64,000 bases of DNA, taken from IMG/VR virus record IMGVR_UViG_3300035701_000003. One strand, given 5' to 3'. The stretch is from a virus. Made by a program: the position numbers and the translations under genes. Below the pieces are notes generated by a model. That model was not told where the DNA came from. It saw only the letters and a program-made list of their open reading frames with translations, and did no database searches. Below, piece after piece: positions 53,401-60,393 of this stretch (position 1 is the first letter of the stretch; the number at the start of each line of letters is the position of its first letter).

Positions 53401-56199
53401 GGTTATAAGATTTACAGTCCTCCTTATATTGACTGGTTTCACTGGATACAAAAGGCCTGGGACGATATAAGATATTTTTTAAAGAACCAAAGAGAAAATA
53501 TAGCCCCTGATATGAATGTTTCTGATCAAGAGTTAGCGAGGGACTGGTTAAAACTATGGCAAGAAGAGAAGCAAGTGCCAATGGATATTCAAAGAGCCGT
53601 TTGGTATCATAGTGTATTTCTAAAGGCTATTCAAATTATGTTCGAAGATAAGGGTTTAGGTGATGTATTAGGTACTGAATATCAAGCACCCCAATCTCCA
53701 GAGGAAAGAACCGAACAGATTTTGAGACCGAATACTGGAGTTAACGAAGATGAAGGAGACATACCCGTTGATAGAGAAGGCAACCCAATACCGAAGGAGG
53801 AAGATATATGGGCAGGTACTAATTATAAACCTTCTAAAGAAGAAGTACCAACTGAAGAAGTTCCCGAAGTAAATACTGATGAACTTTTAGATGAATTACA
53901 TGATGCTATAAGTAAAGGAGATACAGCTAAGGCTGATGAGATAAAAAAGAAATTAAATGGATTACAAAGTAAATCCTCCTTAAAACTAGACGGAAATTAT
54001 GATGATGAAGAAGAGAGAGAAGAAGATTATTTTAGCACTAAAGGGGACATCTCTCATTCTGATGAAAATGCTCTCATGGTAGTTTTGAATACTTACGGTA
54101 AAGACTTAAATATTAAAGATATCCAGAAGGAATTACTTATAAACGGTATTTTAGCAGAGCAATTACTAACCGATATCTTAGAAGAATCTTACCCCGATAC
54201 ATATTTATTAAAATTCTGGAGGGCTTTCCATAAAAAGTATCCGCAATGGGATTATATTTTAAAAAACAGTATGTTTGATAGTGAGGGTAATCAAATACCT
54301 TTTCATAATATAAGAGAATCTTCTCTTAAACTATCTGGGCTTACTCCAGATGATATTTTTTCTGGTTATCCTTTTATATATGATAAAAAAACACATCGGC
54401 TTTATGTAGGTGAATATAACAGCACTCATCAGGAGATGCCTGAGCTATATTCTGGGGAATTAAAAGAATACGGGGTAGGTTTACAGAGACAGGAAGATCT
54501 GCAAGATAACTACAATATGGGAATAAAATACATACAGGGGAGAGTTTCTGGCGGTAAAGACACCGTAGCTTTTTGGGAGCAATCATCTCCTACTGTAGAT
54601 AATAAAGATGATTATACCGATTGTATCTTTCAACTTCAACAAAAGGAAGTAGTAGGTTCAAATCCTTACATATACTTTACAGGAGGTTATAAAAGATCCT
54701 TTAAAGATTTTGTAGAGTTTCCGGCAAGAGAAGCAAGTCTTAAACTCTCTTGGCAAGTACAACCAGAAACTAAAATAGAAGTTGGTGGTATAAAACATAG
54801 AATACTTCAAGTTATTTGGAAGTCTCCGGATCATATAGGTAAGTATATTGATATACAACCTGTTTACGGGCAAGCTTTTCAATACTTCAGTCAATTACAA
54901 GATAAAGGATGTGTAGAGAGAGTAGCGCCTGGTAGGTATGCGCTTACTCTTACGGGTAGAACGATTCTCGAAATTTTAAATGGTAGAAAAGCTTCCTTAA
55001 AGTTTAGTTGGGAAGTACAACCTGAAACATATACTGTATCCCCCGAAGACTGGAATAAGCATTTAGAAGAAACCGTATTGTATTTAACGACAGTGCAGTT
55101 CCGTTCCGAGGCTCTTTTTTGGAGGGTTATGAGAGGAATTGCTTCTACTAATCATACTGTACTTACACCTGAATTACTTTATGCAGGAGATTCTTATAAA
55201 GACGCTAAAAAGTTTGTTAATGAATATGTAAACTATGATTTTTATTTTATATCGAGAGGGGAATACGATTATTTACAGAAAAATAAGAAGCAATCCAGTC
55301 TCGTGTTTAATATAGATAAGAAAGGACAAGAAAATGAGCAAAATAGTGGAAGCCAAACGCCCCAAATCCCCCAAGAAACCCAAATACAATTGGAAGAGAA
55401 GCACCACGAGAAAGCTAATGAAGAAACATCACAGCACCTTCAAAAAACTGTCATAAGTTATCCTACTCTTTATGATATAATAAGGGAGCACGATGATATA
55501 ATACAAGAATTCGGAGGGCTTCAGGGGATATTAGCCGGTGGAGAAAATAGAATAGAAGCAGCTATCGGCAGAATGCAATCCGGTTTTGGTGATCTAGAGT
55601 TCTATGTTAGTGTTTTAGAAAAAGCTGCTGTACTATGCCATTCAATAGTTACGACGCATCCCTTTAATGACGCAAATAAAAGAATTGCTTTTATGTCTGT
55701 AGTACATTTCTTATATGATAACGGGTTTGCTTTGGGGGAAGCGGATACTTTTGGGGATATTATTATACAAGTAGCTGATAACAACGCTGGTTATGAACAT
55801 TTGATTCAATGGTTACAGGCTAATGCTAAAGAAATAGAAAGTACTCAAGGAGAAACTTTAGAGAAACTAACTTGGAAAGTACTCGACCCTCAAGCAGAGG
55901 AAATTGATGTAATTCAAAAACTCTTTCCCGGAGCTAAGTTAATAGTTTTTGATAATATAGATGGTCAAGGAACCTCAGAAGTTAACGTTCTAGTTAAGGA
56001 TTTCTTGAAAAAGTTTCCGGCCGAAACTGATTACTTTTTGGATGATTGGAAAGAAACAGAATATGGAGGATATACCTGGAATATTAGTGATGATGATCGT
56101 ATGTATATATCTACTTTTATTCACGGCCCGAGCGAAGAAAACACAATGTCTAGTCTCATATTAAAAAATACAATATTAGAATTTAAAGAAGGTGAATGA
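47479..56199 (+). CDS. 2906-aa tag-delimited polyvalent protein (wHTH-like, pentapeptide repeat, LRR-like, SH3-like and Doc/Fic modules)
   Basis: TTG start; about 18 linkers between 48958 and 55878; pentapeptide repeats at 48541-48760; HPFNDANKR at 55657-55683. Confidence 0.85.
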   Translation: MDKVFVSKVSALLNNREGRPINEEDIYQYLTSQGYPISSMEDLKIDLHEMYSKGFIYPYQGYWYPTYHSEVCGAANISPDSKNTFRYPAVQYSSLLTNYEKVKPETRDKYKEEWKDKLTKYYDYFKKSHPEYSNFFKWVDQSSPNYYEFIKDAMAIFLQMNMEHNNIKYPGTQYSIPDELTTIEHAMNEAVYRLTTFMKKEHGAKVISPDIYRKAYDNVAELSAEIQSKFILEVISTSPSGTVISADTVKKFTETALKKNLPKEVSPDFFLNVIEGKLSNLKHSKEKGVFLYNTSATTIATYLQDALLKSPEFVSAWNTFMKTKGGFQGKADQITTKVWSGITAPGIDFFKEKGLDLEKVTISNSNLSNCNFTNADLSGTSITNCNLRGSLFKESVFKPSTFTGNDITKMDVDGAVLSKNITWDENKGQPINLVYREVSYDKKDLDNIVKSPQVYSYAFPLSEAEEGDALNLVYALKGYLDSLQILSFKKNNLLKLGWQIQLEFSKFENILKNKNYSYYIDNYTLIINHKGYVDLDALTQLPENIQFNNKGYVNLNSLTQLPENTQFNNKGDVELRSLTQLPENIQFNNEGYVSLDSLTQLPENIQFNNEGYVSLDALTQLPENKYNIFKNEGEVLYNLRNYIWLEFDPRVREGSLKLIKTSSLSDNEITSLKSWLESPENIPDIEAEDLRKWLADKNKSGELTEAGFNRKDINLLFGRASTLTGGPKKPPSEIARDKRNELSQNFAKAYGGKDSIPKTALLGVLTNNEGNLYDWLLDLPDKVTYKDIFNLYHALLSSLKQFHLTSGATTLTRKYEHLPYTTYVTDLSDTERGVSGKGTQFGVALVPIYNLMPSGVAEVAQRAVHEGTTHMYEGLAFSRIAPVIYHEIRSGVKGKIFKKVWAISEMQSDSYQKSGKSEDPDSKEVGDERENLHKEYYKTEAELDKAMKNFRRYTHHWPENLLNAIIELAQKHNVDEIWMPTSKDVVMKTGKNEYTQEAWYKYYDRPAKTFGGKLKNVGADISLDPGSSYSHKRAEWYVIPVKKQTKEGSLNFSSQDPSFNDYDSTRNDFFMYDKDQPSGNDSLDMQQSYYTDLMYLKDTDKEKKERDSLDWTGRENLQLGFGSLKLSWQEQPEERHFYDIYIRTEQGRLLPITTVYAVDKEQALKEGKSSAQRSSIVRRVMNYEENYTFVAIEKKSSSLKFSNDIYFDSTPSEDTTPEERNFTNPLPDKKLRRTDPKKYDRRHDWYSQSPDSEVSNRYDNSIPLEASLKLGWTFQPPVIAKDLYESGEWLKYIPRSMKPAKSRKYIVGEPVYITIGGNKPVYPDVFYFVGSCNSPYTGYYILVNDKGEIRRSNNIKKVEEVNPKLIEKLRKKKTSSLKLGWRTTPELGTLDALKNFISTMEPNVRYKFPNYPYEGIELEYEDPDDEGIMLYTWTLQRNWDYIQMPGPVFPLHGNMVVFWRKRQSAEKSLYKELKWFYDETTGELSERWKNKKTSSLHFGWKMPENINEIAKMLVAPENWYIRTFVNKKTRALILYLDEKFIEKYEKGYDRMRAMEYSPLPKGTLDSAVNSIKEQLDNYGMTNYTVKVDKDFPHAIRFYFPIERTSLKTPWKDVMKEIKEKYDRYVMWVQNNIGGYSLLISLTPRSPKLKEIVDLLRDRTGIEPEVVSPGGPPHYGPSTRIYITTPITSSLKLGWQLFNDIEVGDTVEVIKEISDGSYRLHIGTRGEVDNIQTSTPSFNRMGITVYMFRDRDVQRPEHWYVFSDEVKKVTESSLHFSWQVQPDVNNLSGIDLARALSTDGWRYVYDSGARHFYLENDNNHYIIFLPYDFEKDESGIREEMGLVADPYKKWMIQVGNEFKGTIDMEYVPTIAEAIRIIGEWKQKYIRKNDPRRASLKFSDLQDYPWDEIKHNLEHHFDYIINENRKKFPDVEEYVTDEMMAQFAYKTFFMEYNIPGVWRGDPEFVDEVKRIIKDDLGYKIYSPPYIDWFHWIQKAWDDIRYFLKNQRENIAPDMNVSDQELARDWLKLWQEEKQVPMDIQRAVWYHSVFLKAIQIMFEDKGLGDVLGTEYQAPQSPEERTEQILRPNTGVNEDEGDIPVDREGNPIPKEEDIWAGTNYKPSKEEVPTEEVPEVNTDELLDELHDAISKGDTAKADEIKKKLNGLQSKSSLKLDGNYDDEEEREEDYFSTKGDISHSDENALMVVLNTYGKDLNIKDIQKELLINGILAEQLLTDILEESYPDTYLLKFWRAFHKKYPQWDYILKNSMFDSEGNQIPFHNIRESSLKLSGLTPDDIFSGYPFIYDKKTHRLYVGEYNSTHQEMPELYSGELKEYGVGLQRQEDLQDNYNMGIKYIQGRVSGGKDTVAFWEQSSPTVDNKDDYTDCIFQLQQKEVVGSNPYIYFTGGYKRSFKDFVEFPAREASLKLSWQVQPETKIEVGGIKHRILQVIWKSPDHIGKYIDIQPVYGQAFQYFSQLQDKGCVERVAPGRYALTLTGRTILEILNGRKASLKFSWEVQPETYTVSPEDWNKHLEETVLYLTTVQFRSEALFWRVMRGIASTNHTVLTPELLYAGDSYKDAKKFVNEYVNYDFYFISRGEYDYLQKNKKQSSLVFNIDKKGQENEQNSGSQTPQIPQETQIQLEEKHHEKANEETSQHLQKTVISYPTLYDIIREHDDIIQEFGGLQGILAGGENRIEAAIGRMQSGFGDLEFYVSVLEKAAVLCHSIVTTHPFNDANKRIAFMSVVHFLYDNGFALGEADTFGDIIIQVADNNAGYEHLIQWLQANAKEIESTQGETLEKLTWKVLDPQAEEIDVIQKLFPGAKLIVFDNIDGQGTSEVNVLVKDFLKKFPAETDYFLDDWKETEYGGYTWNISDDDRMYISTFIHGPSEENTMSSLILKNTILEFKEGE
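49066..49350 (+). repeat. about 4.7 x 60-bp in-frame LRR-like tandem repeats (LTQLPENIQFNN.G.V.L..)
   Basis: Exact 60-nt periodicity at 49081, 49141, 49201, 49261 and 49321. Confidence 0.95.
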
Positions 56200-56201
56200 A
56201 T

Positions 56202-58196
56202 ATGGCAAAACCACGAATAACCGGCGGACCACCGAAAATTATATTGCCAGGCGCGGAGAGTAATTTCAAACAAGTTATAGCGTCTCAAAATGAAGGGACC
56301 CCGGGAAATAAATTTGCTAACGCTGCTAAGGCCCCTGTAAGAGGTTACGGTAATACTAATATTTCGCGAGACTCTATTCTCAAAACAGCTTCTTATTTAG
56401 ATGTAACTAGAAATGCCCCTTTATTTAATGATCCGCGTTACACCAGTAGTACCCTTTCTATTCCTACAGATAATAGAACTTTGCATGGTTTATATCGTTT
56501 CTTCACGGAAACTGACCCTATCGTAGGAGCCTCTTTAAAGATGCATTCGGAGTTACCGCTGGCTAATGTTGCCCTTGGTACTTGTGAGGACGAGGGTATT
56601 CAAAGACATTTCGATGCTATGTGGGATAGAATTAACGGTACTAAGTTATTAACAGATATGGTATCTGAGTATTATGAAATTGGAGATTGCTTCCCCTTCG
56701 GCGCGTTTAATGAAACCGATTATATGTGGGATCAATTTGCTATTTTGAACCCCGATTATGTTAAGATAGAATCTACCTGGTTGAATCAAAATCCTTTAAT
56801 TAAACTTATTCCAGACGAGAACTTAAAGAAAATAGTACAAACGAGAAGTCCAAGATTTATTTATGATCAACTTCCGCAAGAAATAGTCCGTTACGTATTA
56901 TTTAATAGAGAGATTCCTTTAGACCCTAATAATGTATTTCATATTTCTCACGCAAAGAGACCTTATGAATTAAGAGGCAGGTCTTTAATAAAGAGAATTC
57001 TCAAAACGTTAATGTTAGAAGATAGATTTAATCAAGCCAATTTTGCATTAGCTACTAGGCACGCAGTTCCTTTGACTGTAGTTAAGGTCGGCGATCCTAC
57101 TACTGGTTGGACGCCCAATGAAGAAGAATTAAACGCTGTGAGAGATTTGTTCGCCGCGTGGGAGTTGGACCCAAATTTTAGCATCTTCTACCACTATGGG
57201 ATTGACGTTCAATTTTACGGCTCTAATGGAAGGGCGCTCCCAGTAGGCCCGGAACTAGATAGAATATATAGATTAAAGTTTATTGGATTACAAGTTCACG
57301 AACAGTTACTAGCTGGCGGCGGTGGTAGTTACTCTCAAGCTTATATTAATTTGGAAGTACAAAGACAAAGATATTTAAATTTACAATTAAAACTCGAACA
57401 ATTTTTACACGAAGGTTTATTTAAACCTGTTGCCGACCTTTGCGGTTTCTATAGAGTCCATAATAGTACTACTTCTGGACATGGTGGTGTTAAGAAATAC
57501 TCTTACGGTAAAGAAGATGATTTCCAAAAGAGATTATTAAAGCAGTTTACTACTTTAAGAGATTTAAAAGATAACGAGGAATTTTTAAGATACGTCAGAA
57601 GTAAGTTAGCTGAGTATGAAGAGAATACTAATAAACAAGAAAGAGAATATGTATTTCCTAAGATTGATTGGGGGGCAATGTCTGCAGCTAGTGATGAGAA
57701 TCTAAAGAATTATGTTAAATGGTTATCGAAAGAAAGACCTTATTTAATAGATGATGCTACCTTGGCTAGACTAGCTAAATTAGATAGAGATACTCAAGAA
57801 GATGCTTATATAGAAGATTTAAGAAGAGCTAAGACTAGATTTACAGAAGTTAATAAAGAAGGTTTATTACCTTTTGCACAATCAAGAACTGGTAAAGGCG
57901 GTGGAGACTTTGGAGGAGATGTTGGAATGCCTTTGGATATGGGCGGGATGCCCGCTGGGGGAGGACCTGGGGCTGGAGGACTTGGAGAAGGTGAAGTTCC
58001 TAATGTTCCTGCCGGGGCCGGTGGACCTCCCGAGACAGCCGGTGGTCAAGTAGCACCTGCTGGAACAGAAGCTTCTATAAAAGAAAGTACCGTTTTAGAT
58101 GATAGGTTCATTACTAGTGAAAATAAATCATTACTAAAAGAAAAAGAGAACTGGAGTAAAGCTATTGCTGAAGCTATTATTATAAAACCAGAATAG
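56202..58196 (+). CDS. probable portal protein
   Basis: DPIVGASLKMH, LNPDYVKI and FH......RG.S...R motifs typical of portal folds; G/P-rich C-terminus; directly upstream of the protease. ORF from 56196. Confidence 0.7.
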   Translation: MAKPRITGGPPKIILPGAESNFKQVIASQNEGTPGNKFANAAKAPVRGYGNTNISRDSILKTASYLDVTRNAPLFNDPRYTSSTLSIPTDNRTLHGLYRFFTETDPIVGASLKMHSELPLANVALGTCEDEGIQRHFDAMWDRINGTKLLTDMVSEYYEIGDCFPFGAFNETDYMWDQFAILNPDYVKIESTWLNQNPLIKLIPDENLKKIVQTRSPRFIYDQLPQEIVRYVLFNREIPLDPNNVFHISHAKRPYELRGRSLIKRILKTLMLEDRFNQANFALATRHAVPLTVVKVGDPTTGWTPNEEELNAVRDLFAAWELDPNFSIFYHYGIDVQFYGSNGRALPVGPELDRIYRLKFIGLQVHEQLLAGGGGSYSQAYINLEVQRQRYLNLQLKLEQFLHEGLFKPVADLCGFYRVHNSTTSGHGGVKKYSYGKEDDFQKRLLKQFTTLRDLKDNEEFLRYVRSKLAEYEENTNKQEREYVFPKIDWGAMSAASDENLKNYVKWLSKERPYLIDDATLARLAKLDRDTQEDAYIEDLRRAKTRFTEVNKEGLLPFAQSRTGKGGGDFGGDVGMPLDMGGMPAGGGPGAGGLGEGEVPNVPAGAGGPPETAGGQVAPAGTEASIKESTVLDDRFITSENKSLLKEKENWSKAIAEAIIIKPE

Positions 58197-58215
58197 TTTT
58201 TAAGGAGTAAAAGAA

Positions 58216-59226
58216 ATGTTAATAAAACAAGCCATACAAGAAGTTAGAGCTATCCCTTTGAATTCTATATACTCTAAACAGGAGAAAAGAGTAGTTCCTA
58301 TAAATACAAATGAGTTTCGATATCTTCGATTTAGAGCTATTGGTAATATGGAGGTATCCGGTTTTAATGGAAATCTTGATGGTTTTCCTTATGAGTACTT
58401 TGAAGATGATGAACCCGGGTATGGCTATAAATCTTTTAGAGGGAAGAGAGCCCATCATGAACACAATAGTAATCTTGGAGTAGTAGGTAGTATAGGAGAT
58501 TTACCAGATGCTTATTTAAATAAATTTAATTACCCAGAAGATGTACCTGAAAAGAAATGGGCTTCCTTATTAAATAAAGTATCTGATTCTAAGAGAATAG
58601 CTATTTTACAGATGCCCGGTCAAAAGTTAGGGGATATAGAAGTGTTGATGCGTATAGATACTACTCTTTTGAAAAGTTCTTCTTTAGATAAAAAAGTAAA
58701 ACAAGCTCTCGAAAGAATAGTTAGGATGATAGACACCGGCCAGAGTTTAAGTTGTTCTATGGGTACTAACGTTCAGTACAGTGTTTGCAGCGCTTGTGGT
58801 AATGAGGCGAGATTCGCATCGGATTATTGCAACCACCTTTCTAAGAGAAAAGGCGCTTTAACAGTAGTTACTGCTAATGAATTGAGAGACCTTTTAGATA
58901 AAGGAATACTAAGACCTGAGTGGTTAAAACATATTACTACTTCTAAATACGATGCTAAGGATGTAGTGGAAGGAATTAGTAATAGAGGTGTTCCCGTAAA
59001 GAATGGAGAATTAAATCATAAACTATCCTTCTTTGAATTATCTATTGTTGGAATCCCCGCATTTCTCGATGCAAAAATGTTAGAGAAACTGGCAAAGAAA
59101 GCCGAAGGCGATAGAAAGACTTATTTAGATTTATTGCGAAAAGAAATAGGAGATGATAACTTATTAGATATTTATGGGTTGTTACAAGATGATGGTATAA
59201 TTTCAAGTCAATGTCAAGTATACTAA
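58216..59226 (+). CDS. probable prohead (capsid maturation) protease with Zn-finger insertion
   Basis: AAGGAG RBS; N.N.DGF, H.EH, SMG..V..S.CS.CGN...C.HL and FFELS.V..PA...A. Confidence 0.7.
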   Translation: MLIKQAIQEVRAIPLNSIYSKQEKRVVPINTNEFRYLRFRAIGNMEVSGFNGNLDGFPYEYFEDDEPGYGYKSFRGKRAHHEHNSNLGVVGSIGDLPDAYLNKFNYPEDVPEKKWASLLNKVSDSKRIAILQMPGQKLGDIEVLMRIDTTLLKSSSLDKKVKQALERIVRMIDTGQSLSCSMGTNVQYSVCSACGNEARFASDYCNHLSKRKGALTVVTANELRDLLDKGILRPEWLKHITTSKYDAKDVVEGISNRGVPVKNGELNHKLSFFELSIVGIPAFLDAKMLEKLAKKAEGDRKTYLDLLRKEIGDDNLLDIYGLLQDDGIISSQCQVY

Positions 59227-59227
59227 A

Positions 59228-59551
59228 ATGGAAAAGACGTCTTTAAGTTTTGAAGATTACTTAAATACAGATATTTCTGATGTTATTTATAAAGATCACA
59301 AGTATAATTTATCTAATAAAACTGTTAATATTATTGTTACTAGTCCTTTTGACGTAGAAGACGATACAAATAACCTAATATCTCTAGAAGCTGGTGATAG
59401 ACTAATTATAACAGGATTACGGCCGGATTTTTATGAGATGAAATACAATGAAATTACAGTTTATCAACATTATAAAATAGTAGATAAAAATACTGTACTA
59501 AGTAAGCAAATAGAAGGTAATTGGAGAGAGGTGTTACAATGTTTAAAATGA
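59228..59551 (+). CDS. hypothetical protein (SH3-like segment)
   Basis: 107 aa; SLEAGDRLII; C-terminal GNWREVL. Confidence 0.65.
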   Translation: MEKTSLSFEDYLNTDISDVIYKDHKYNLSNKTVNIIVTSPFDVEDDTNNLISLEAGDRLIITGLRPDFYEMKYNEITVYQHYKIVDKNTVLSKQIEGNWREVLQCLK

Positions 59552-60393
59552 CTATTAAAAAAATCGGAAACCTTTATCAAATAGATGATAATGAGACTCC
59601 TATAGACTCTGCGACCCTCAGAAACACATTGGCATCTCTTACTAATTCTGATGATCCTAAGGTAAGTAAAATAATGGATGATATTGATGAAAAAGAAGAG
59701 ACTTCTTTAGAAATTCAAGGTAGCAAAGGAGTGGTAGTTGATTTATATGAAGTAGATTATCAATCAGCAGACCCTATGAAAGAAACTCAAAATTTAGCGA
59801 AGAGTTTAAATGAAAAAAGAGATTTTGTAACTCAATATTTGTTTCCGGATAGTACTACTGATGATGTTTTAGTGGGATTAAGGCAAGATGTTTTAAAAGG
59901 ACAGGATCAATCCCAACCAACTAGAGGTCCCCAGGAACAAGAACCTGCGAGACTTTCCAATTTAGAAAGTATGAGTTCTCTTTTTCAACTTTCTTACGCC
60001 AGAGACTTAAGTGAGGACCAGAAACAAGATATCTTAGAAACACAGACTATTTCTTCAAATCTACTCTTTAGTAATCTTAAACTACAGCAGGATAATTGGG
60101 TTAGACTAAAAGCTAAAAGTAACAAGTTAAATATAGAAGCCCTCATTGGAACCGATACTTTCAGATATTTAATATCTTTACAAAAAGAAAGAGATGTGGA
60201 ACATTACAGTATAGATTATGCTTCTTTAGTTAAATTAGGAGTTAATCCTTTGGATTTAATTGATGTAGTAGAAGCGTGCCAGTTGGGGAGTCCTAGTAAA
60301 GTAGATGAAGATACTACATTAGATCAATTAATAAATGCATGCCAAGAACCGATAATACAAATATATGGCAGAAAGGTAAAGAGAAGTGGATAA
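59539..60393 (+). CDS. hypothetical acidic protein
   Basis: ORF from 59521; ATG at 59539 is the likelier start. Confidence 0.7.
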   Translation: MFKMTIKKIGNLYQIDDNETPIDSATLRNTLASLTNSDDPKVSKIMDDIDEKEETSLEIQGSKGVVVDLYEVDYQSADPMKETQNLAKSLNEKRDFVTQYLFPDSTTDDVLVGLRQDVLKGQDQSQPTRGPQEQEPARLSNLESMSSLFQLSYARDLSEDQKQDILETQTISSNLLFSNLKLQQDNWVRLKAKSNKLNIEALIGTDTFRYLISLQKERDVEHYSIDYASLVKLGVNPLDLIDVVEACQLGSPSKVDEDTTLDQLINACQEPIIQIYGRKVKRSG

